Origin: a bacterium
GTDB taxonomy: Bacteria > JAMOTN01
Length of the DNA: 44,340 nt
Assembly (NCBI GenBank): GCA_027062325.1
Contig: JAMOTN010000028.1
Coordinates: forward strand, 1-44,340
Direction of reading: 5' to 3'
A program made the position numbers and the translations under genes. The notes beneath the pieces are model-generated. The model was not told the origin of the DNA. It was given only the letters and a program-made list of their open reading frames with translations, and ran no database searches. Each line of letters begins with the position of its first letter. Position 1 is the stretch's first letter. Below, one piece after another: positions 1 to 7,655 of this stretch.

Positions 1-879
1 GGCGAGTTGCAAATGATTTAGCATTATTGAATGAAGTGCTCCGTGTAGCTTCTTATGGCGTGAAGAGGAGCCGTCTTCAAACATGGAAGAATCACCTACC
101 ATGACCAACTTTGCACCAAAGTGCGTTTGTGCATATCCTAAAATGGGTTTTGAATCCAGCATAACCGCGGGGGATATAACAACACTCCCACTTGCTACTC
201 CTTGATAAATAGTGCATCCGGCAAAAATTCCCACTCGTTTTACGTGTTCGGTAACTGGAGAGGGGATTACGTCGCAATGGTTTGAAAAGACGTTGTCTGC
301 ATTGAAATGAGAAGCAATTCCACAGCGAGCCAAAACTTTGTTTAGTATCTCTATACTGTCTATACCATCAGCATTTCTGTCAGAGCCTATGTGATCTGCA
401 ATCAGAAGAAGATGGCCTCCATTTTTGAAAAAATCAGCTATAGCTTCGCGTTCTTTGAATGAGTAGTCTGTATTTGGTTCTATTAGTATAAGTAGACCTA
501 TGTTTTTAAGATTTTCTTTAGTGATGGGCATTTTATCAGTGGTTATTATCTTCCAGCCAAGTTTTTTGAACAAGTCAGCAAAATCAGAATAGGCCCCATC
601 GGGAAGCCAATCTGCTTGACCGGCAGTTTGTGCGTGAGTTGTATCCCACAGTATTACCTTTGGTATGGAATGCTCGGAAGTTTTATTGTTTTTAACTTTA
701 GAGGTTTTATTCTTCAAAAAATCGAAAGATGGAGAGTTTTGCTTTGGGGGGACAAGAATGGTCCCTTTAGGAAGATCTGGTAGGGTGTTATTATCTTCAA
801 CCTTTATGGGGTCTGCGAATGTGGGGTTGATAAGGGTGAAGATGAATACAATATTCAGAAATGCTTTCAAGTAAGACAT
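1..879 (-). CDS. Secreted protein with class-I GATase-like (GldG/DUF4350-type) domain, 3' end outside the window
   Basis: Hand translation from ATG 879 (GGGAG SD upstream) stays open to base 1: signal peptide MSYLKAFLNIVFIFTLINPTFA, then KVILWDTTHAQTAGQADWLPDGAYSDFAD, LILIEPN, GGHLLLIADHIGSDRN and VGDSSMFEDG. Absent from the ORF track because there is no stop in the window. Confidence 0.75.
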   Translation of the reverse strand, partial: MSYLKAFLNIVFIFTLINPTFADPIKVEDNNTLPDLPKGTILVPPKQNSPSFDFLKNKTSKVKNNKTSEHSIPKVILWDTTHAQTAGQADWLPDGAYSDFADLFKKLGWKIITTDKMPITKENLKNIGLLILIEPNTDYSFKEREAIADFFKNGGHLLLIADHIGSDRNADGIDSIEILNKVLARCGIASHFNADNVFSNHCDVIPSPVTEHVKRVGIFAGCTIYQGVASGSVVISPAVMLDSKPILGYAQTHFGAKLVMVGDSSMFEDGSSSRHKKLHGALHSIMLNHLQLA

Positions 880-918
880 TTTTACCACTCCCGTTGATTA
901 TTGTTGATTAGAAATGCC

Positions 919-937
919 TTATCCTTTTAAAGGATAA
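919..937. promoter_or_regulatory. Perfect inverted repeat (candidate operator) in divergent promoter region
   Basis: TTATCCTTT-T-AAAGGATAA between the divergent starts at 879 (-) and 1056 (+). Confidence 0.4.
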
Positions 938-1002
938 AAAAAAAGGGATAAAAGTTCAAAAATGGGAAAAATAAATAATTGCCAAAATTTAAGATGCTGG
1001 TT

Positions 1003-1011
1003 TGATAAAAT
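1003..1011 (+). promoter_or_regulatory. Candidate extended -10 promoter for the murA operon
   Basis: TGATAAAAT (TGn + TAAAAT) about 45 nt upstream of the likely murA start. Confidence 0.35.
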
Positions 1012-1055
1012 AAAACCGTATAAATTTGCATATTTGCTGGTGGGGAGTGAGTGCT

Positions 1056-2321
1056 TTGGAGTGTTTTCTTATAGAAGGAGATAAACCTCTTTATGGTTCT
1101 GTTAGAGTGGGGAGATCTAAGAATGCAGTTTTACCTTTAATGGCAGCGAGCATTTTGTTTGACGAGGTTATATTGGAAGAGGTGCCCAAATTAAGAGATG
1201 TTATAAGCTTCAAGAAATTACTTGAGTTTATGGGAGCTGAGGTTGAGTGTCAAGATGAATGTGTGATAAAAGTTGAAGAGCTTGAACCCTTTGCTCCTTA
1301 CGAAATAGTTAGAACGATGAGAGCTTCATTCTTAGTATTGGGGCCCTTGCTTGCACGCTATGGAAGAGCAAAGGTATCGCTTCCAGGTGGTTGTGTAATT
1401 GGTGCACGACCTGTTGATATACACCTGAAGGCTTTTGAACAGATGGGAGCAAGAATAAACATAGAGTCGGGATATGTTATTGCTGATGCCCCAAAATTAA
1501 AAGGAGCAGAAATTTATCTTGATTTTCCAAGTGTGGGTGCTACTGAAAATATTTTGTTAGCAGCAAGTTTTTTAGAGGATGAAACTGTTATAAGAAATGC
1601 AGCATTGGAGCCGGAAGTTGCAGATCTTGCAAATTTTTTGAAAAAAGCCGGAGTTGAAATAGAGGGGATCGGGACTTCTACTTTGCGAGTAAAAGGTCCT
1701 ATTAGAGAGCAAAAGATGGTTTGGAAAAGCATTCCTGATAGAATAGAGGCGGCGACTCTGATGATGGCTATTGCTATAACAGGTGGAGAGGGAGAAGTGA
1801 ATGGGGTTTGTAAGGAACACATGGAGAATGTTGTTAATAAATTACTGCAGATAGGGGTGGAACTTGATTTTAAAGAGGAGATTGTTTATGTTAGGGGGAA
1901 ACTTCCATTTAAACCCTCTAATATAATTACTGCTCCTTATCCTGGATTCCCAACAGATTTGCAAGCTCAGATGATGGTTATGTTAACTCAGGCAGATGGA
2001 GTCTCAACTGTTCAGGAAACGATTTTTGAAAATAGATTTATGCACGTTCCTGAGCTTATGAGGATGGGAGCTGATTTGAGGATAAGTGGTAATACTGTTA
2101 CGATCAAAGGACCTTCTAAGTTGAGAGGAGCTCCAGTAATGGTGAGTGATTTAAGAGCGGGAGCTGCTTTAGTTATAGCGGGATTAGCGGCTAGAGGGAA
2201 AACAATAGTGAGGAGAATTTATCATATTGACAGGGGATATGAGAGATTGGATAGGAAGTTGAAGCAGTTGGGAGCCAGTGTTAAAAGAGTTTCGGAAAGG
2301 GAATTGGGGTTAGAGGAATAA
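1056..2321 (+). CDS. murA: UDP-N-acetylglucosamine 1-carboxyvinyltransferase
   Basis: SKNA, MRASF, LPGGCVIGARPVDIH (catalytic Cys loop), SVGATEN, PGFPTDLQ, DLRAG, DRGYE. Likely TTG start at 1056 after GGGGAG; the ORF track starts at 1026. Confidence 0.97.
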   Translation: MECFLIEGDKPLYGSVRVGRSKNAVLPLMAASILFDEVILEEVPKLRDVISFKKLLEFMGAEVECQDECVIKVEELEPFAPYEIVRTMRASFLVLGPLLARYGRAKVSLPGGCVIGARPVDIHLKAFEQMGARINIESGYVIADAPKLKGAEIYLDFPSVGATENILLAASFLEDETVIRNAALEPEVADLANFLKKAGVEIEGIGTSTLRVKGPIREQKMVWKSIPDRIEAATLMMAIAITGGEGEVNGVCKEHMENVVNKLLQIGVELDFKEEIVYVRGKLPFKPSNIITAPYPGFPTDLQAQMMVMLTQADGVSTVQETIFENRFMHVPELMRMGADLRISGNTVTIKGPSKLRGAPVMVSDLRAGAALVIAGLAARGKTIVRRIYHIDRGYERLDRKLKQLGASVKRVSERELGLEE

Positions 2322-2361
2322 TTAGGGAAGGTTTAAATTTTCAAATTAAGGAGGGGTATTA

Positions 2362-3258
2362 GTGACTGCTCAGGGTGAGAGGCAAGAGCAGGTGTACAAG
2401 GTGGCAGTTGCGGATGTGGGTTCGAACTCTGTGAGAATTTTAACAATAGGTGCAGATGGTAAGCTTTATGATGACTTGTTTTATTTGAGAGCTGGAGTGC
2501 AAGAGTATTTTGTACTTTTAGAAGATGTTATGTTGCCTTATGAGAAGGCGGAGAAGAAAGTTATGGTGGCTACAGAGTATTGGAGAAAACATAAAGGGGA
2601 GTTTATAGAACTTAAGGATTTTGCAGAAGCGGGTGGATGGGAAATAGAGTTGTTGACTCCAGAAAGAGAAGGAATACTTGCGTGGAAAGGGGTTGAGTTT
2701 TTAGATGGAGCCTCTTTTGAGTGTTTGGTAGATATAGGTGGAGGAAGCTTTGAGGTGATAAAACGTGGTGGAGAAGTGTATTCTTGGGGGTTTGGGGCAG
2801 TGGTTTTGAAAAATAGGGCTGATGAAATTTTAGGAAGTACTGATGCGCAGGGTTCTAAAAGGGTGGAAACTTTAGAGAGGATTTTAGCGGATGAGCTGAC
2901 AGGTTTTAAGTTAGGTGTTAAGCGTGTTGTTGGAATAGGTGGAGCGGTAGTAGCCGTTGCAATGGCAAGTAAGGGAGTAAAAAAAGTGGAAGATATTAAT
3001 GGAAAGCTTCTTAAGTTTGATGAGGTTGAGGCGTTCATAGACGTTGTTTCGGGGATGACACTTGATAAAAGAAAGGAGCTGTTTGGAGAAGGAAGAGGAG
3101 ATATAGTGTTGGAAGGGGCAGTGATTTTGAAAAAGTTGATGGAGTGTTTGGAAGTGGAGAAGATAAAAACTTCGATTGCAGGGATTGTGCATGGGGTAAT
3201 GTCAGAGGTTTTAAATGAGCATTATCCTGATATAAAGAAGTTTTTGAGTAAAGTGTGA
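2362..3258 (+). CDS. Ppx/GppA family phosphatase, short single-domain form, divergent
   Basis: DVGSNSVR, MVATEYWR, EREG, DIGGGSFE, GIGG, GRGDIVLEGA motifs of the ASKHA Ppx/GppA family; no HD domain. Confidence 0.8.
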   Translation: MTAQGERQEQVYKVAVADVGSNSVRILTIGADGKLYDDLFYLRAGVQEYFVLLEDVMLPYEKAEKKVMVATEYWRKHKGEFIELKDFAEAGGWEIELLTPEREGILAWKGVEFLDGASFECLVDIGGGSFEVIKRGGEVYSWGFGAVVLKNRADEILGSTDAQGSKRVETLERILADELTGFKLGVKRVVGIGGAVVAVAMASKGVKKVEDINGKLLKFDEVEAFIDVVSGMTLDKRKELFGEGRGDIVLEGAVILKKLMECLEVEKIKTSIAGIVHGVMSEVLNEHYPDIKKFLSKV

Positions 3259-3277
3259 TTTTTAGTTGGTGAGGCTA

Positions 3278-4420
3278 ATGTTGCATGATTACTTAGATGA
3301 GGTAATAGGACATAGCTCTGTAAAAAAATTACTCACTTTGTTTGAGAGAGGGCATTTTTTTTCGCTTGTTCTTTATGGACCACCAGGGTGTGGGAAGAGT
3401 TTGTTGATTTCAAAGTTGATTGAGTGGTTGCAAAACGAGAAGAGGATAGATTATTTTAAATTTTCTCCTGATAAAGCTTTTAGTTCTCTTAAAGAGGCAT
3501 TGGGGTACTTCAAAGTTATATGGATTGAGGAGATACACCGATTAAGTAAAGATAAGCAGGATATTTTATTGCTGCCTATTGAAAGGGGAACGATTCTTTT
3601 TGCCACGACAACCATGTCTCCAGTTAGATATTTACAACCAGCTTTGAGATCTAGATTGAAGATATTTAAGTTACGAAGGCTTTCAGAAGTGGAATTGATG
3701 GAAATAGGTAGAAGGTATTTACGTATGCTTTTGGGAGAGAGTCGTAAGCAGGATTTTGAAAGATATGTTGAGTTGCTGCCTGCGTTTTGTGAGGCTAGTT
3801 TTGGGGATGCTCGAACACTAAAAGGTTGGCTAGAGCTTGCAGTTAATATGGAGGAGCCTGAAAAAATACTGGAGAGTCTTTCTATAGAAACACCCGGGTT
3901 GGCTCGTTCAGAAAAGGTTTCTGCTTTTATAAAGAGTATAAGGGCGTGTAAGGTTGATTCGGCTTTGTTTTATCTAGCTCTTCTTCTTGAGGAGGGAGTT
4001 GATTGGCGCTACGTTTCAAGGAGACTTTTGATAAGTGCAGTTGAGGATGTTGGCTTGGCTCATCCTGAGGCAATTGCTGTGGTTAAAGCAGCTCTTGATG
4101 CAGCAGAAGAGGTGGGAATGCCAGAGGCTGTGATTCATTTGGGATTTTGTGTGGTTTATCTGAGTATTTTGCCAAAGAGTAATGCTTCTTATAAAGCAGT
4201 TAAAGAAGCAATAAGATACGTTAGGGAGAATAAAAAGCAGTTGGTTGGATTTAAAGTTCCTAGAAATTTAGTATCGGGAACTGGAGAGTATGTTAATCCT
4301 CATTTTGATTTGAAGGGATTGCATTTGAATTACTTTAAAAATGAGAAGTTTTACAGGCCTAAGTCAATGTGGGAGAGAAAATGTATTGAAAATAATCCAT
4401 GGTTGAATGAAAAAGATTAG
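3278..4420 (+). CDS. rarA: Replication-associated recombination protein A (RarA/MgsA AAA+ ATPase)
   Basis: GPPGCGKS, EEIHR, PALRSR, GDAR, SAFIKSIR, EDVGLA, GMPEA, PKSNASY. Likely ATG 3278; the ORF track starts at 3266. Confidence 0.9.
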   Translation: MLHDYLDEVIGHSSVKKLLTLFERGHFFSLVLYGPPGCGKSLLISKLIEWLQNEKRIDYFKFSPDKAFSSLKEALGYFKVIWIEEIHRLSKDKQDILLLPIERGTILFATTTMSPVRYLQPALRSRLKIFKLRRLSEVELMEIGRRYLRMLLGESRKQDFERYVELLPAFCEASFGDARTLKGWLELAVNMEEPEKILESLSIETPGLARSEKVSAFIKSIRACKVDSALFYLALLLEEGVDWRYVSRRLLISAVEDVGLAHPEAIAVVKAALDAAEEVGMPEAVIHLGFCVVYLSILPKSNASYKAVKEAIRYVRENKKQLVGFKVPRNLVSGTGEYVNPHFDLKGLHLNYFKNEKFYRPKSMWERKCIENNPWLNEKD

Positions 4421-4423
4421 GGA

Positions 4424-5296
4424 GTGATAACCATAAAGATAGCAGGTTTGCTTTCAAGTTGGGAAAAATGGTTGTTGTATGAGAAGGGATTAAGTTCTGT
4501 AACAGTAGAAAATTACACACGTGATTTGGTTTTGTTTGTGAACTTTGTTGCTAAAAAACTGAAAAAAGACTTTGTTACTCTTATCTTAGAAGAAACTTTA
4601 AAGCTTGATTTAATATACAGCTATTTTTCCAGTGAAAAAAAGTTTGCAAAGGCTAGGACTATTTCGAGATTTATATCCTCACTTAGAAGTTTTTTAAAGT
4701 TTTTGGATGAGGAAGGAATAGAAGTTAAGCTGGCACTAGATGACATAGAGATGCCAAGGTTGGAAAAGGAACTTCCCAAAGTTCTAAAAGAGGAAGAGTG
4801 GCAAAGGTTGGTGGATTTTGACCCTAGGAAAAGAAGTGAGTATCGACTCAAGGCAATACTTGAGCTGATGTATTCAGCAGGCTTGAGAGTTAGTGAACTT
4901 GTAAATTTGAGATTGGAGGATCTGGACTTCTCAACTAGGTTGTTGCGCTGTTATGGTAAAAGGGGGAAATGGCGTGTGGTGCCGTTTTCCGAGAGAGCTG
5001 CTTACTGGTTGAAAAGGTATCTTGAAGTTTATGGTATAAAATCGGGAAAAATATTTCCAGTGACAAGACAGGCTGTTTGGAAGGTGATTAAAAGGAGGGC
5101 TATGGCTGTTGGATTGGATATTCATCCGCACGTATTAAGGCACTCTATTGCCACACACTTTTTAAAGAAAGGGGCAGATTTGAGAGTTGTTCAAGAGTTT
5201 CTAGGACATGCTTCTATAAGCACTACTCAAATTTATACTCATCTTGCCAAGGAAGAGTTGAAAAGAGAGTATATGGATAAAATACCGCGATTGTAA
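4424..5296 (+). CDS. xerD: Tyrosine recombinase of the XerC/XerD family (XerD-like)
   Basis: N-terminal SAM-like domain (EKGLSSVTVENYTRDL), YSAGLRVSEL, GKRGK, HPHVLRHS, GADLRVVQEFLGH, TTQIY. XerC versus XerD is not fully resolvable by eye. Confidence 0.85.
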   Translation: MITIKIAGLLSSWEKWLLYEKGLSSVTVENYTRDLVLFVNFVAKKLKKDFVTLILEETLKLDLIYSYFSSEKKFAKARTISRFISSLRSFLKFLDEEGIEVKLALDDIEMPRLEKELPKVLKEEEWQRLVDFDPRKRSEYRLKAILELMYSAGLRVSELVNLRLEDLDFSTRLLRCYGKRGKWRVVPFSERAAYWLKRYLEVYGIKSGKIFPVTRQAVWKVIKRRAMAVGLDIHPHVLRHSIATHFLKKGADLRVVQEFLGHASISTTQIYTHLAKEELKREYMDKIPRL

Positions 5297-5377
5297 GATT
5301 GACTGTTCTTCCCTGTTTTATAGTGTTTCTCTCAAGTACTGAATACCGAGCTTGTGTGAGCCGATTTTATTTTAGGT

Positions 5378-7630
5378 ATGAGGTATAGGGGAGTTGTAGT
5401 CTATATATTATTTTTTTTCATTAGAGTTGTACTAAGTGGGGTAGATTATTCCGAAGATCCACCATCTAGGGGAAATTCTGATATTGTTATCACAGGTTAT
5501 AAGACTATACGTATTAACTGGAATAGTATTAGCGGAGATAGAACTTCTTATTACAATCTGAATTTTACTTCGGATGGTTTAAAAATAGAGAATGAGACTA
5601 TGTTAGAAGTTGAGGGTTGGGCTTCTGATGTGTTAATAAGGGGAAATTTTGTTGACATTCCTGGAATGGATAGAAGAGTTGAAATAAGTTTTATAGGTCG
5701 CGATTTCAAAATTTCTATGGGAGATGTTTCTGCTTCTCTAGTTCCTGAAAACGAATTTGGTTTGAAAAACTTGGCTATTAGGGGAATAAGTGGAAATTTT
5801 AAAAAGGGGAAATGGGAAATAGGGACCTTTGTATCTCAGTCCAGGGCAAGGTGGGCGCATGAAAGTTTCAGGCCCAATTCTACAACTAACAGATTTAGAT
5901 TGAGGAATGCCCCGGTCGTTGCAGATAGTGTTAAGGTGCGTTTGAATGGACAGTTATTGAATTACGGTAGGGATTACTGGGTTGATGAGGAGTTGGGAGA
6001 GGTGATACTTCGCGCTACTTTGATGCCTTTACCTGAAAATTCTGTTATTGAGATAGAGTATCAGTACTTGAATGATTTGTTCGGAGTGTTTCCAACACAG
6101 TTACAGGGGTTTAGTTTAAGAGCTGTTGTTAAGGGTTTCAAAACAAATTTAGCTCTCTTTAGGACTGTTACTAAAAGTGAAGACAGTGGTGTATCTATAC
6201 TTGGAGCAAACTCCATGGAGAGTGGAAGTTTGAAAAACTTTATGTTTGGGGTTGCTAAGAGTTTTAAAAATTTCACTTTTAATCTATCTACCTCTTTAGG
6301 GGGAGTGAATGAGTTAAAGCCAGCTTTTGATTTGAAAGAGGCTTTAAAATTGGGGAATTGGGAATTTAGCCATAGATTCAACTTAGTTGCAACAGGTTGG
6401 AAGGGATTTGAGGAGAGAGAACCGGTTGTATTTAATGAGTTGGGATTGAAGTATGCAATTGATAATGTAAGTTTAAATTTGTTTGGGAAAGCTGGATATG
6501 GATATAATGCAACGACTCAGGATAAGCGAATTTTGGATGAGGGAAGTTTTTCTTTAAGTTTGGGAAATTTAAAAAGAGATGGGTTTTTAATTGGAGTTAG
6601 TGGAAAATACAATTACTCCTTAAGTCAGAGAAAGGAATTAAAATTTTACTCTGAAAAACTTTTGGGTAATCGGTTTACAATAAAACCATATTTTGAGGTT
6701 GTGAGTGTTGCTACAGAAGAGGGAGCTAGCCGGTCGCGTTTATTTGGTGATTACATCGCGGATAAAAAAGGTGGGCTAGAATTTAGGTACTCTAGTGGAA
6801 TTTACGGATTCACAGCTCTATTTGAAAAAAGTATGATCGATGATAGGAGGCTTGCGAGGGTAAATGGCAATTATAGAAAGAAAGGTTTGTCTGTTAATGT
6901 GAATATGGCTTTGGTGAATGAAGATAAGGAGACAAAATTGGGAGAGTTTAGAACTCAATATAGAAAAGATAGGCATTATTTTTCGGCTTTAGCTAGATAT
7001 TCGGAGGTTGATGATACTGCAAACACAGCTGATAGTCTTGCAAGGGTTAGCTATCGTTATCGTTACAATTTTTTTACCTTTGATTTACTTGGAAGTTATG
7101 AGAGGACTAAAAGTGTTCTAGATAAACGCTTGTTTCGTGGAAAAAGTGGTTTGACTTTCAATTTGAAAAAGATTGGTAGGTTTGGTGTTAGCTACAACTT
7201 GGAGAAAGATTTTCAAGCTGGTTGGGATAAGAAAATTTATGAGGCGTTTTACAAGAAGGAGATTTTCGGATTCAATTTAAAATTAAAAGGGCGTTTTGGG
7301 GATGAAGATGAGAAGGAAGGGGAAATCGAGAGAGAGGTTGGATGGGTGAAATTGGGAGTATTTGGTGGGAGGAGGCAAGAAGATGGTAAAAATGATATGG
7401 TTTATTGGTATGGATTGAGAGGAGTTGGATTTGGAAAGATGCATCTTTATGGGGAGATTAAAGTTACAAATTCAGATGATGAGTTATATGATGGACTGTT
7501 GACTGCAAATTTGAAGGTTTCTTTAAAAAGTACGCAGAGATTTTCTGTTGATTTAAAACTCGATTATCAGAAAAAAAAGGATGATTACAGTGCCAGCGGA
7601 TTTGGATTGGAAGTTACTCACAATTTTTAG
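5378..7630 (+). CDS. Predicted outer-membrane beta-barrel protein with SprA-like N-terminal motifs
   Basis: Signal peptide; alternating amphipathic beta strands rich in G/F/Y/K; terminal Phe strand (FGLEVTHNF); motifs GDVSASL..IRGIS..FVSQSR and SVKVRLNGQLLNYGRDYWVDEELGEVIL. Confidence 0.65.
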   Translation: MRYRGVVVYILFFFIRVVLSGVDYSEDPPSRGNSDIVITGYKTIRINWNSISGDRTSYYNLNFTSDGLKIENETMLEVEGWASDVLIRGNFVDIPGMDRRVEISFIGRDFKISMGDVSASLVPENEFGLKNLAIRGISGNFKKGKWEIGTFVSQSRARWAHESFRPNSTTNRFRLRNAPVVADSVKVRLNGQLLNYGRDYWVDEELGEVILRATLMPLPENSVIEIEYQYLNDLFGVFPTQLQGFSLRAVVKGFKTNLALFRTVTKSEDSGVSILGANSMESGSLKNFMFGVAKSFKNFTFNLSTSLGGVNELKPAFDLKEALKLGNWEFSHRFNLVATGWKGFEEREPVVFNELGLKYAIDNVSLNLFGKAGYGYNATTQDKRILDEGSFSLSLGNLKRDGFLIGVSGKYNYSLSQRKELKFYSEKLLGNRFTIKPYFEVVSVATEEGASRSRLFGDYIADKKGGLEFRYSSGIYGFTALFEKSMIDDRRLARVNGNYRKKGLSVNVNMALVNEDKETKLGEFRTQYRKDRHYFSALARYSEVDDTANTADSLARVSYRYRYNFFTFDLLGSYERTKSVLDKRLFRGKSGLTFNLKKIGRFGVSYNLEKDFQAGWDKKIYEAFYKKEIFGFNLKLKGRFGDEDEKEGEIEREVGWVKLGVFGGRRQEDGKNDMVYWYGLRGVGFGKMHLYGEIKVTNSDDELYDGLLTANLKVSLKSTQRFSVDLKLDYQKKKDDYSASGFGLEVTHNF

Positions 7631-7655
7631 CTTTTGGGGGAGTGAATGTAAGTAA

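Noticed and set aside
4424-5296. Tyrosine recombinase as a prophage or island integrase
   Set aside because: Length and motifs fit chromosomal XerC/D; it lies in a housekeeping operon with no tRNA, att repeats or mobile genes.
5299-5324. Sigma70 promoter TTGACT..TATAGT before the barrel gene
   Set aside because: The spacer is only 14 bp.
1-7630. Linking the GldG-like domain gene with the SprA-like barrel as a gliding locus
   Set aside because: The domain is a generic GATase-like fold, is divergently transcribed and is separated by four housekeeping genes; no gldK/L/M/N-like genes are seen.
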